Assembly: GCF_046295735.1 (NCBI RefSeq)
Contig: NZ_JBKBMQ010000001.1
Span: 207,254 to 271,253, forward strand
DNA from: Allosphingosinicella sp.
GTDB taxonomy: Bacteria; Pseudomonadota; Alphaproteobacteria; Sphingomonadales; Sphingomonadaceae
DNA length: 64,000 nucleotides
Direction: 5' to 3'
The number at the start of each line of letters is the position of its first letter. The first letter of the stretch is position 1. Position numbers and translations under genes: made by a program. This document shows positions 29,277 through 37,441 of this stretch, one piece after another. Under the pieces are notes generated by a model. The model had not been told where the DNA came from, made no database searches, and saw only the letters and a list, made by a program, of their open reading frames with translations.

Positions 29277-29341
29277 TGCTCGCGGCCTAGAAGCGGATCA
29301 GCCAGTTACGTTTGCCCCGCCCGGGCTTCTTCGAGGTAGGA

Positions 29342-29641
29342 ATGATCGAGAACCAGAAGATTCGTCCCGCTCAGGTGATCGGCCCGCTCGGCGAGCCGCT
29401 GACCCTGCAGAGCCTTCCGTCGCCGACCACGACCCGCTGGGTGGTGCGTCGCAAGGCGGAGGTCGTCTCGGCGGTGAACGGCGGTCTCTTGAGCGTCGAC
29501 GAAGCCTGCGAGCGCTACGGCCTCACCCTCGAGGAGTTCGCCGGCTGGCAACGCGCGGTCGACCGGTCGGGAATGCCGGGCCTGCGCGTCACCCGCATCC
29601 AGCACTACAAGTCGCTCTACGAACGGCAGCAGCGTTACTGA
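29342..29641 (+). CDS. sciP: CtrA inhibitor SciP (DUF1153)
   Basis: VIGPLGEPLT, TTRWVVRRKAEVV, GLRVTRIQHY. Confidence 0.93.
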   Translation: MIENQKIRPAQVIGPLGEPLTLQSLPSPTTTRWVVRRKAEVVSAVNGGLLSVDEACERYGLTLEEFAGWQRAVDRSGMPGLRVTRIQHYKSLYERQQRY

Positions 29642-29702
29642 TCGCTTCGCTACGCCTCCGGAATGATGTAGAACCTGTCCTCGCCTGGGCGGCTCCAGCC
29701 CA

Positions 29703-29727
29703 GGAACAAGACCGCGCGCCGCGCGTC
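29703..29727 (+). promoter_or_regulatory. EcfG-type promoter for the GlsB/YeaQ gene
   Basis: GGAAC-N16-CGTC. Confidence 0.6.
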
Positions 29728-29791
29728 TTTAATCGGATCGCCGCTGTAACCATCCGGTTGGGGCGGCGCTGCGAAACAGGAGGACTTGGAC

Positions 29792-30049
29792 ATGATCGGT
29801 ATCATCATCTGGTTGATCATCGGCGGCATCATCGGCTGGCTGGCCAGCATCATCATGCGCACCGACGCGCAGCAGGGCATCCTGCTCAACATCGTCGTCG
29901 GCATCGTCGGCGCCTTCATCGGCGGCATGCTGATCACCGGGGGGTCGATCAACGAAGGCATCAACCTGACGAGCTTCATCGTCTCGCTGCTCGGCGCGAT
30001 CATCCTGCTCGCCATCGTCAATCTGTTCCGTCGCGGCTCCGTCCGCTGA
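29792..30049 (+). CDS. GlsB/YeaQ/YmgE stress-response membrane protein
   Basis: GGIIGWLASIIM, NIVVGIVGAFIGG, SLLGAIILL; GGAGGA RBS. Confidence 0.9.
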   Translation: MIGIIIWLIIGGIIGWLASIIMRTDAQQGILLNIVVGIVGAFIGGMLITGGSINEGINLTSFIVSLLGAIILLAIVNLFRRGSVR

Positions 30050-30057
30050 TCATTGGA

Positions 30058-30086
30058 CGAGGGGCCGCGGGAGCGGCGGCCCCTCG
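30058..30086. terminator. GC hairpin between convergent genes
   Basis: CGAGGGGCCGC / GCGGCCCCTCG 11-bp inverted repeat; no clear U-tract. Confidence 0.5.
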
Positions 30087-30122
30087 CTCCCTGCCCTTGC
30101 CGCTCGTTCCCTGACCTGAGAC

Positions 30123-31889
30123 TTAGGCGGAAGCGCCGCGCAGCCCCTCGAGGCGGCTGATCCGTTCGTCGAGCGCGACCAGGGTCGCGGTCAGCGCGAC
30201 GGCGGTGCGGGAGCGGCGCGCGGTGGCGCGCAGCGCCTGCGCCAGCGGCTCCGCGATCAAAGCGATCGCCGTCCGCTCGTCCCGGCTGTAGGACGCGCCG
30301 TCGGTGCGCGGCCCCACCAGCAGCATCGCGACCGCGCCGCCGGAATCCTCCAGCGGCACGCGCAGCGGAAAGGCGCTCCCGGGGGCCTCGGCATCCTCCG
30401 CCGCCGCGCCGTGCAGCGCATAGATTTGCGGCGCCGCCCCTTCGGTGCCGATCAGCGCCGCGCTCGACGCGCCGATCCCCTCGACGATCTCGGCCAGCGC
30501 CGCCGCGCCGACTTCGCAAGGGTCGTCGCCATGCTGCCATTGGGCGAGCCGCGCCGGCAGGGCGCGGAGCCGCACCAAGGCCGGCTGGAAGCGCCGCTCG
30601 GTCCAGCCGAGCACCCGGTCCTTCGCGGGCAGGAAGACGAGGCCGGCGGCGATCGTGCTGACCGCCGTGGTCAGCGCCGGGCCGCCGCCCAAAGTCGCGT
30701 CGATCAGCCGGTTGGCCCAGCCCATCGTCACCGCCCAGACGACGCCGACGATCATCGTCACCGCCGCATAGCCGGCCGATCGGCCGATCAGCGCGTCCGC
30801 ATCGTTGAGGCGATAGCGCATCAGCGACAGCAGGATGCCCGCCGGCACGGTGAACAGGCCGGCGATGGCCAGCAGCAGGACCAGCGCCATGACGAGCACA
30901 CCGGCCAGCGTCTCCTCCCCCAGCCACTGCGCGGCCACGATCAGCGGCACGGCGGCGGCGAGCATCGCGATGCCGACGACCAGGCCGCCGGCCGCCCATT
31001 TCATCTGCTGCCGCTCCGGCCCGCGCGGCGTGCGGCGATAGCGGATGACGAGCGCCGCGAGACCCGCCACCAACAAGCCGGCGATGACGAGATCGGTGAG
31101 CTCGGTCGGGAACACCGCCGCCACTTCCAGCAGCGCGGCGAGCGGCGCCAGCACCAGCAGCCAGCGGCCCCAGGCCGGATCGAACCGCCCGTCCGGAAAG
31201 GCCGGAAGCGCGATCACCAGCGGAACCACCCAGAAGGCGATCAGCACATTGCCGAACAGCTCCAGCCCGACCCACGTCCAGAAGGCGTAGGGCCCCAGCA
31301 CCGAGGCCGCCGCGCCGAGGAAGGCGAAGGACAGGAGGATTGAGACCGGCTCGCCGAAGCGGCGGCGGCGCAGCAGCACGGCGGCGGCGAGGTAGATCAG
31401 GGCGAGCAGGGCGAACGCGGCGTGGAGGCCGTAGAGGGTCGTCTGGCGGCCCGGCACGTCCATCTCGTCCGCCGCCGCCGCCGACCGGACCAGGGTCACC
31501 TCGCGCGCCGCGCCGTCCGGCGGCTGCAGCGTCAGCCGGACCTCGCCGCCGTCCGCGCCTCGAAGCAGAGGCGCAACGTCGAAATGAGAGGCGTCGGGCG
31601 CGAGCGGCGCGCCGTCGACGGCAAGGAGCCGGGCGCCCTTCGCCACGCCCGCCGCTTCGGCCGCGGCAAGCGCCGGCGCCACCGTGAAGCCGCGCCCTTC
31701 GTCGTCGGCGAAGGCGTCGAGGCCGAGCGCCGCGAAGGCGGGGATCACCTCCGCCCCCTCGCGCGCCGCCATGTGGAGCGTGCCGGCCTGTCCGACCAGC
31801 ACCAGTGCGAGCAGCGACAGCCAGGCCGCGGAGAGCAGGCGCCGCGCGCGCGGGCCGGGCGGGTTCAGCGCTGAAGGCGGTGTGGGCAT
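30123..31889 (-). CDS. Membrane protein: PDZ-like periplasmic domain, multi-TM core, C-terminal GAF-like domain
   Basis: GVAKGARLLAVDG...EVRLTLQ...REVTL (PDZ-like), about 8 TMs, LLVGPRTDGASYSRDE (GAF-like end). Confidence 0.6.
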   Translation of the reverse strand: MPTPPSALNPPGPRARRLLSAAWLSLLALVLVGQAGTLHMAAREGAEVIPAFAALGLDAFADDEGRGFTVAPALAAAEAAGVAKGARLLAVDGAPLAPDASHFDVAPLLRGADGGEVRLTLQPPDGAAREVTLVRSAAAADEMDVPGRQTTLYGLHAAFALLALIYLAAAVLLRRRRFGEPVSILLSFAFLGAAASVLGPYAFWTWVGLELFGNVLIAFWVVPLVIALPAFPDGRFDPAWGRWLLVLAPLAALLEVAAVFPTELTDLVIAGLLVAGLAALVIRYRRTPRGPERQQMKWAAGGLVVGIAMLAAAVPLIVAAQWLGEETLAGVLVMALVLLLAIAGLFTVPAGILLSLMRYRLNDADALIGRSAGYAAVTMIVGVVWAVTMGWANRLIDATLGGGPALTTAVSTIAAGLVFLPAKDRVLGWTERRFQPALVRLRALPARLAQWQHGDDPCEVGAAALAEIVEGIGASSAALIGTEGAAPQIYALHGAAAEDAEAPGSAFPLRVPLEDSGGAVAMLLVGPRTDGASYSRDERTAIALIAEPLAQALRATARRSRTAVALTATLVALDERISRLEGLRGASA

Positions 31890-31942
31890 CGCATCTCCCC
31901 TGCCGCGCCAGATTGACGCGGCGGGCGGGAGACGCGCAAGCC

Positions 31943-32671
31943 TTATTCGAGCTCGAAGCTGACGGTGAGCGTCACGGCCAGGGTCTGCTCGCCCGGCATG
32001 ATCTGCGTGCCGGCATCGCCGCCGGTCACCGTGATCGCCATCTCGCGCATCATCGGCTGCGGCGCGAAATGCCCGCCTTCGGAGACGGAGACGATCCGCC
32101 GCACCCGCATGCCGAGCGAGCGGGCGTAGAGATCGGCGCGCTCGCGGGCGATCCGGATCGCCGCGATCCGCGCTTCGTCGAGCGCCGGCTCCGGCCGTTC
32201 GATCGCGAGCATCGGACCGTCGACATTGTTGGCGCCGGCCTGGACGAGCGTGTCGAGGATCCGGCCGGCCCGCGCCACGTCGCGGAAGCGGACGCGCACC
32301 TGGTTGTTGGCGCGGTAGCCGCCGAATTCGGGGGCGGCGCCGTCGCGGGTGTGCCGCCATTCGGGATGGAGGTTGATGGAGCTGGTCTGGATGTCGCGAT
32401 CGGCGACGCCGGCGCGGCGCAGCGCCTGGCGGATCTGCTCCATCTGCCGGGCATTTTCCTGGATGGCGGCGGTCGCGGTCGGCGCCTGGGTGGTGACGCC
32501 GGCATTGATGAAGACGATGTCGGGCGCGCGGCGCACCTCGCCGGTGGCGACCACGTCGAGCCGGGTGCCGCGCACCGATTCGGACCCGGCGGCGGCCACC
32601 TGCTGGGCGGCGGACGGCGCCGCGGACAAAGCGAGCGCGGCGGCGGAAGCGAGGATCAGGTGACGAAGCAT
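31943..32671 (-). CDS. SIMPL/DUF541 periplasmic protein
   Basis: Signal peptide, GEVRRAPD, DRDIQTSSINL, GYRANNQV, VTLTVSFEL. Confidence 0.88.
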   Translation of the reverse strand: MLRHLILASAAALALSAAPSAAQQVAAAGSESVRGTRLDVVATGEVRRAPDIVFINAGVTTQAPTATAAIQENARQMEQIRQALRRAGVADRDIQTSSINLHPEWRHTRDGAAPEFGGYRANNQVRVRFRDVARAGRILDTLVQAGANNVDGPMLAIERPEPALDEARIAAIRIARERADLYARSLGMRVRRIVSVSEGGHFAPQPMMREMAITVTGGDAGTQIMPGEQTLAVTLTVSFELE

Positions 32672-32801
32672 GGACGATACTCCCGGTACTGTGGGTTGTT
32701 CAGCTCCGCACATGATCGCGCGAGGCTGAACGGACCCGAAACGGATCGGGAGTGAAACGCGGGTCGGGCGGCAGAGTTGCTGATCCTGAAGCGCGGACCG
32801 C

Positions 32802-33509
32802 TCAATCCTGCGGGTCGCGGTCCCGGCTCAGCTCGTCCACTTCGCTCATGATCGTCTGCAGCGCCGACTTGTCGGGATCGGTCTCATGCTCGCGGCGCGA
32901 GGGCAGCTTGCCTTCCGCCAGGAGATTCTCGAGCGCGACCCGGCCGCGCGCCACCCGGCTCTTGATCGTGCCGACCGCGCAGCCGCAGATTTCGGCCGCT
33001 TCCTCATAAGCGAAGCCGCCGGCGCCGACCAGGATCAGCGCCTCGCGTTGCGGCTGCGGCAAATGCAGCAGCGCGCGCTGCATGTCGCCGAGCTCGACGT
33101 GCCGGTCCTGGCTCGCCGGAGCGGCGAGCAGCTTGGACGCCGTGATCTCGTCCCATTCGCCCTTGAAGCGCGCGCGGCGCATCTGGCTGAGGAACAGGTT
33201 GCGCAAGATGATGAAGGTCCAGGCGCGCATGTTGGTGCCGGCCTGGAAGCGCTTGCGCGCCGCCCACGCCTTGAGCAACGTCTCCTGGACGAGGTCGTCG
33301 GCGAGGTCCCGGCTGCCCGACAGCGAGCGGCCGAAGGCGCGCAGGTGTGGAATGACCTGCGCCAACTGGTCCTTGAACTCGTTGTCGGGAAGCGGCGTCG
33401 GCTCCAGACTTGCCGCCGCGCCGCTTTCTTCCTCGTCCGTGTCCGCCGGCTTCGCGCCCGCCATCAAGCTTTCCCCGCTCTGTCCGCCGAATCCCAGCGC
33501 TTCACTCAT
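32802..33509 (-). CDS. ecfG: ECF15 sigma factor EcfG (sigmaT) of the general stress response
   Basis: IPHLRAFGRSL, ADDLVQETL, GTNMRAWTFIILRN, GTIKSRVARGR; next to phyR/nepR. Start uncertain. Confidence 0.92.
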   Translation of the reverse strand: MSEALGFGGQSGESLMAGAKPADTDEEESGAAASLEPTPLPDNEFKDQLAQVIPHLRAFGRSLSGSRDLADDLVQETLLKAWAARKRFQAGTNMRAWTFIILRNLFLSQMRRARFKGEWDEITASKLLAAPASQDRHVELGDMQRALLHLPQPQREALILVGAGGFAYEEAAEICGCAVGTIKSRVARGRVALENLLAEGKLPSRREHETDPDKSALQTIMSEVDELSRDRDPQD

Positions 33510-33558
33510 ACAGGTCGCGGCGCCCGAAGGCGCCCCTTCTCTTTGCCGTCCAGGACGA

Positions 33559-33699
33559 TCACCACATCCAGACGAACAACAGGATCAAGAAAATGATGAT
33601 CGTCAGGCCAAGCCCCCAGACGAGAATGTAGCGCGTCATGTGGGGCGTGGTGCCCTGCCGCGCCTCGGTCTTGGAGATATGATCGGGGCCGTCGTTCAT
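33559..33699 (-). CDS. Small single-TM protein (46 aa, MNDGPDHISKTEARQGTTPHMTRYILVWGLGLTIIIFLILLFVWMW)
   Basis: Hand translation, below the ORF-track cutoff; TEARQG motif then TM; directly downstream of a consensus EcfG promoter. Confidence 0.75.
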   Translation of the reverse strand: MNDGPDHISKTEARQGTTPHMTRYILVWGLGLTIIIFLILLFVWMW

Positions 33700-33740
33700 A
33701 AGGTGAGCTCGTCCTCGGGTTCCATTCGTTACAGGCAGGC

Positions 33741-33765
33741 AACGCGCGCTCGGCGCGCATGTTCC
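33741..33765 (-). promoter_or_regulatory. EcfG promoter for small protein-ecfG operon
   Basis: Minus strand GGAAC-N16-CGTT, exact consensus. Confidence 0.85.
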
Positions 33766-33771
33766 GGCGGA

Positions 33772-34569
33772 TCAGGCCGGCACCGTCGCGCTGTCGAAGA
33801 ACAGAGCCTGCGCGATCGCCGCCTTCACGGTGGAGCGCTGGAAGGGCTTGGTGATGAGGAAGGTCGGCTCCGGACGCTCGCCGGTCAGCAGCCGTTCCGG
33901 GAAGGCCGTGATGAAGATCACCGGCACCTGGAATTCGGACAATATGTCCTTCACCGCGTCGATGCCCGAACTGTCGTCGGCGAGTTGGATGTCGGCCAGC
34001 ACCAGGCCCGGACGACGGGCCATCGCCTGCTGCACGGCTTCGTCGCGCGTCACGGCGACGCCCGTCACCGTGTGGCCGAGGTCGCGGACGATCGTCTCGA
34101 TGTCCATCGCGATGATCGGCTCGTCCTCGATGATCAGCACTTCGGCGCGGGTCTGCCGCTCGATTTCGGCGAGCGCTTCGGACACCAGCGACTCGACCTC
34201 GTCGGGCGAGGCGCCGATCAGATAGCCGGCATCTTCGGGCGTGAAGCCTTCCATCGCGGTCAGCAGCAGCGCCTGGCGCGACAGCGGCGTGATGCGGGCG
34301 AGGCGGGCCTGGGCGATGCCCTCCGGATCGGCGCCGACGCCGGAATGGCCCGGATCCTCTTCGATATTGGCCGACGACCAGATGGCGTGGAAGGTGCGGT
34401 AGAGGCCGAGCCGCGCCTCGACGTCGCGGGGGAAATCGTCGGGGGCCGCGACGATCGCCTCGAGCGTCGCCCGCACGAAGGCGTCGCCATGCGCCTGGCT
34501 TCCGGTCAGCGCCCGCGCATAGCGGCGGAGGAAGGGGAGATGCGGCGCGAGTTCCTTGCCAAGCGACAT
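33772..34569 (-). CDS. phyR: PhyR anti-anti-sigma response regulator
   Basis: N-terminal sigma-like domain (LPFLRRYARALTGSQ) plus C-terminal receiver (IIEDEPIIA, LADIQLAD, FITAFPE, ITKPF). Confidence 0.96.
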   Translation of the reverse strand: MSLGKELAPHLPFLRRYARALTGSQAHGDAFVRATLEAIVAAPDDFPRDVEARLGLYRTFHAIWSSANIEEDPGHSGVGADPEGIAQARLARITPLSRQALLLTAMEGFTPEDAGYLIGASPDEVESLVSEALAEIERQTRAEVLIIEDEPIIAMDIETIVRDLGHTVTGVAVTRDEAVQQAMARRPGLVLADIQLADDSSGIDAVKDILSEFQVPVIFITAFPERLLTGERPEPTFLITKPFQRSTVKAAIAQALFFDSATVPA

Positions 34570-34705
34570 GTTCGTTACGACTCCTTCATGTTCTTACAGG
34601 CCTGTGTGGGTGGCCCTCCGGCGCAATGCAACCCCTGCGGGATGCCGCGCCGGGGGGACCCGGCGTGCAGAAGAAGTGGCCCGTCCCGCTCCTCACGCGG
34701 GGTAT

Positions 34706-34732
34706 GGAACCATCAGCGCAGTTTTTTGTTTC
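34706..34732. promoter_or_regulatory. Overlapping divergent EcfG-type promoters for nepR (+) and phyR (-)
   Basis: Plus GGAAC-N16-TGTT (34706-34730); minus GAAAC-N16-GGTT (34732-34708). Confidence 0.65.
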
Positions 34733-34869
34733 CATGGCCGCGCAGGCATTTTATTTCGCCTGCGGACAGTTGGGGTCTGCCCGGTTCGCGCCACCGGCGA
34801 GGATCGGGGCGGCAGGCTATTTTGTTATAACGGCAGCGGGCGCGGCGTGGCCGCGATGGGGTAAGAATT

Positions 34870-35076
34870 TTGACCTTCAGCATCGACAAGGATGGAGAGA
34901 CCCGGCGCAAGTCCGAGGATGCGGCGGACGATGGCGGGAACGGTGAAGCCGGCGGCACGCGCCGAAAGCGCGGCGCGGCTCCGGAACTCGGCAACGCCCT
35001 TCGCCAGGCCTATGACGAGACGCTGAACGAGGACATTCCGCCGGAAATGCTCGATTTGCTGGGCAAGCTCGGATAA
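34870..35076 (+). CDS. nepR: NepR anti-sigma factor
   Basis: LGNALRQAYDETLNEDIPPEMLDLLGKL core; divergent from phyR; TTG start uncertain. Confidence 0.9.
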   Translation: MTFSIDKDGETRRKSEDAADDGGNGEAGGTRRKRGAAPELGNALRQAYDETLNEDIPPEMLDLLGKLG

Positions 35077-35105
35077 AAGTCCCGCCGCAGGACGTTCGGG
35101 ACGGC

Positions 35106-36686
35106 GTGGATCAGGACGAACACAAAGGCTCCATGGCCGCCCGCTTCGCGCGGCTCTCGACCGGGCTGAAGATGCTGATCATCCTCAGCCTCGGCCTTCT
35201 GCCGCTCGGCATCGTCGCGATTCTCGCCTCCGTCGACAGCGCGCGCGACAACCGCTCCCGCGGCGAGGTCGAGACCCAGGCGCTGCTGATGGTGAGCGCG
35301 CAGCGGCTGACCTCCGCGCTGGCGCGAAGCTCGATCACCATCCGCGCCGCCAGCGACGCGCTGTCGGATACGCCGCCCGGAAGCGGCACATGCGAACGGA
35401 TGCTGCAGCGTCTCTCCCGCATCCAGCCCTCGCCCGCCCGCTACGCCCTTTACGCCGAGGGCCGGCAATTCCGTTGCGCCACGCCGGGCTTCGCCCCACC
35501 CGCGCAACTGTCCAGCCCGAACGGCGCCCGTTCCGACATCGAACTCGACACCGAGCAGCAGGTGCTGCGCTTCACCCTGTTCGGCGAGGATGGTGAGGTG
35601 GACGGCGTCGGCGAATTCGGCCGCGACGCGCTGCTGGCGCTGGTCGCGCCGCCGGAAATTGCGGGCGCGCACGATCTGAGGCTCGCCCAGGGGGATCGGT
35701 CAATGCTGCTGCGCGAGAATTATCGCGGCGGCCCCTTCACCCGCGAAATCCGGATCGAGCAGCCGATCGCCAGCGGCCGCCTTGCTCTCGACATCCGCGC
35801 CGCCTCGCTGCCGATCACGCCGGCCGAGCTGCTGATGATCCTGCTGCCGGTGATGATGTGGGTCGCGGCCGCCGTGATCGGCTGGCTGATCGTCGACCGG
35901 CTGCTGCTGCGCCCGCTGGTGCGCATGCAGAAGGTGATCTCGAACTATGAGCCCGGCGACCGCGCGCTCGATCTCCCCACCTTGCGCTCGCCGGCGCGGG
36001 AGATCGGCGAACTGGGCCAGGCGTTCGACCGTGTCACCCGGACCGTCGCCCAGCACGAGGCCGAGCTCGAAGCCGCGGTGGAGCGGCAAACGCGGCTGGT
36101 GCGCGAGGTGCACCACCGGGTGAAGAACAACCTTCAGGTGGTCGCCTCCCTGCTCAACCTCCATTCGCGCGGCGCCACCAGCGAGGACGTGGCCGCGGCC
36201 TATGCCTCGATCCAGCGCCGGGTCGACGCGCTCGCCGTCGTCCACCGCAACCATTATGCCGAGCTGGAGGAAAATCGCGGCGTGGCGCTGAAGCCGCTCA
36301 TTTCCGAACTCGCCGCAAACTTGCGCGCCACCGCTCCGGCCTCCGCCGCCCACATGCAGATCCGGCTCGACGTTGAGCCATATTATGCGAACCAGGACGT
36401 GGCGGTCTCGGTCGCCTTCCTGGTGACCGAGATCGTCGAATTCAGCATGCTGTGCGGGGCAAGCCTGGTGTCGGTGTCGCTGACCGGCGCCGACACGGCG
36501 AGCGCCCGCCTCTCGGTCGAGACCGATGCGCTCGCCGGCGAACCTTCCTGCGACGAGCGGCTGATGGAACGGTTCGACCGGATCATCACCGGCCTCGCCC
36601 GCCAGCTGCGCTCCACGCTGGAGCGGGACACGCAGACCGGCCGCTATTCGGTGGTGATCGGCGTCGTCGACAAGGCGGAGCGCTGA
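35106..36686 (+). CDS. Membrane sensor histidine kinase, HisKA_2 type (probable PhyR kinase/phosphatase)
   Basis: Two TMs, HAMP, EVHHRVKNNLQ H-box; HATPase boxes look degenerate; in GSR locus. Confidence 0.85.
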   Translation: MDQDEHKGSMAARFARLSTGLKMLIILSLGLLPLGIVAILASVDSARDNRSRGEVETQALLMVSAQRLTSALARSSITIRAASDALSDTPPGSGTCERMLQRLSRIQPSPARYALYAEGRQFRCATPGFAPPAQLSSPNGARSDIELDTEQQVLRFTLFGEDGEVDGVGEFGRDALLALVAPPEIAGAHDLRLAQGDRSMLLRENYRGGPFTREIRIEQPIASGRLALDIRAASLPITPAELLMILLPVMMWVAAAVIGWLIVDRLLLRPLVRMQKVISNYEPGDRALDLPTLRSPAREIGELGQAFDRVTRTVAQHEAELEAAVERQTRLVREVHHRVKNNLQVVASLLNLHSRGATSEDVAAAYASIQRRVDALAVVHRNHYAELEENRGVALKPLISELAANLRATAPASAAHMQIRLDVEPYYANQDVAVSVAFLVTEIVEFSMLCGASLVSVSLTGADTASARLSVETDALAGEPSCDERLMERFDRIITGLARQLRSTLERDTQTGRYSVVIGVVDKAER

Positions 36687-36698
36687 GGCGAAGCCGCT

Positions 36699-36887
36699 TC
36701 AGGGCGCCGGATCCTCGAGATTGTCCTCCTCGTCCCGATATTCCGGCCGGGCGATGCTTTCCTTCTGGGCGCGGGCGAGGTCGCTTGTGTCCTGGCCGAT
36801 CTCCGTCGCGACGTCGGTGTTGCGGCGTTCGTCCTCATGCACCCCGTCGAGATCCGAATGGGGCGGGGTTTTAGGCGGCTTCGACAT
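36699..36887 (-). CDS. Small acidic hydrophilic protein (62 aa)
   Basis: GAGGAG RBS and EcfG-like promoter upstream. Confidence 0.7.
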   Translation of the reverse strand: MSKPPKTPPHSDLDGVHEDERRNTDVATEIGQDTSDLARAQKESIARPEYRDEEDNLEDPAP

Positions 36888-36914
36888 ATAGGCTCCTCGC
36901 TAGGTTGGAGGATC

Positions 36915-36940
36915 AACCCGGCGCCCGCATCGCCGGTTGC
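36915..36940 (-). promoter_or_regulatory. EcfG-like promoter
   Basis: Minus strand GCAAC-N17-GGTT. Confidence 0.5.
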
Positions 36941-36981
36941 CAAAAAAAATGCGCGGCCATCAATTTTTTCGGGGATCGGAT

Positions 36982-37006
36982 GGAACCCGCGCTCCCCTTC
37001 GTCGTT
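36982..37006 (+). promoter_or_regulatory. EcfG promoter with no downstream ORF (drives putative sRNA)
   Basis: GGAAC-N16-CGTT, exact consensus. Confidence 0.85.
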
Positions 37007-37012
37007 CAGCAC

Positions 37013-37146
37013 TTCGGATAGTGACCTTTTGCCCCCCCGCTCTCGCTATCCAGAAAATGAGCCCGGACGCGCTAACCTCCCCCCCCCCCCCGGTAGCGCC
37101 TCCGGGCTCAACTCTTTCCCGGGGCCTTCCTTCTCTTCAGTCCTGA
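37013..37146 (+). ncRNA. Putative EcfG-dependent sRNA with three C-rich-loop hairpins
   Basis: Hairpins 37016-37051, 37058-37110 and 37120-37145, each with a C/U-rich loop, starting about 10 nt after the -10 element. Ends approximate. Confidence 0.7.
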
Positions 37147-37170
37147 TCGCGACGCCAGCGTTGCCGCTGC

Positions 37171-37196
37171 GGAACAAGCTCGAACGTCGGCGGGTT
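37171..37196 (+). promoter_or_regulatory. EcfG-type promoter for entericidin gene
   Basis: GGAAC-N17-GGTT. Confidence 0.7.
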
Positions 37197-37240
37197 TTCC
37201 ATGCGCGACGTGCGGCTCCGCCGCCTTCAGGAGAGAGACG

Positions 37241-37369
37241 ATGGTACGTAAGCTTCTTGTGACGATGACGATCATGGGCAGCGTGGCCCTTGCCGGCTGC
37301 AACACCCTGCGCGGCGTGGGTCAGGACATCCAGTCGGTGCCGGACTGCGTCCAGGGCCGCACCTGCTGA
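37241..37369 (+). CDS. Entericidin EcnA/B family lipoprotein (42 aa)
   Basis: Hand translation MVRKLLVTMTIMGSVALAGCNTLRGVGQDIQSVPDCVQGRTC; LAGC-NT-xx-GVGQDI signature. Confidence 0.88.
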   Translation: MVRKLLVTMTIMGSVALAGCNTLRGVGQDIQSVPDCVQGRTC

Positions 37370-37390
37370 TCCGACCTTAATCGGACGAAC

Positions 37391-37427
37391 GGCGGCGCCG
37401 CTCCTTCCCGGGAGCGGCGCCGTTTTT
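37391..37427 (+). terminator. Intrinsic terminator
   Basis: CGGCGCCGCTCC / GGAGCGGCGCCG stem followed by TTTTT. Confidence 0.8.
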
Positions 37428-37441
37428 CGTCGCGCGGCCCT

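Noticed and set aside
33506-33760. 84-aa minus-strand ORF between phyR and ecfG
   Set aside because: Its start lies inside the EcfG promoter spacer; the 46-aa ORF in another frame has a plausible TM and position.
37079-37091. C13 homopolymer as a slipped-strand switch
   Set aside because: Not inside an ORF or promoter spacer; it forms the loop of a long stem, better explained by the sRNA model. Exact length may be a sequencing artefact.
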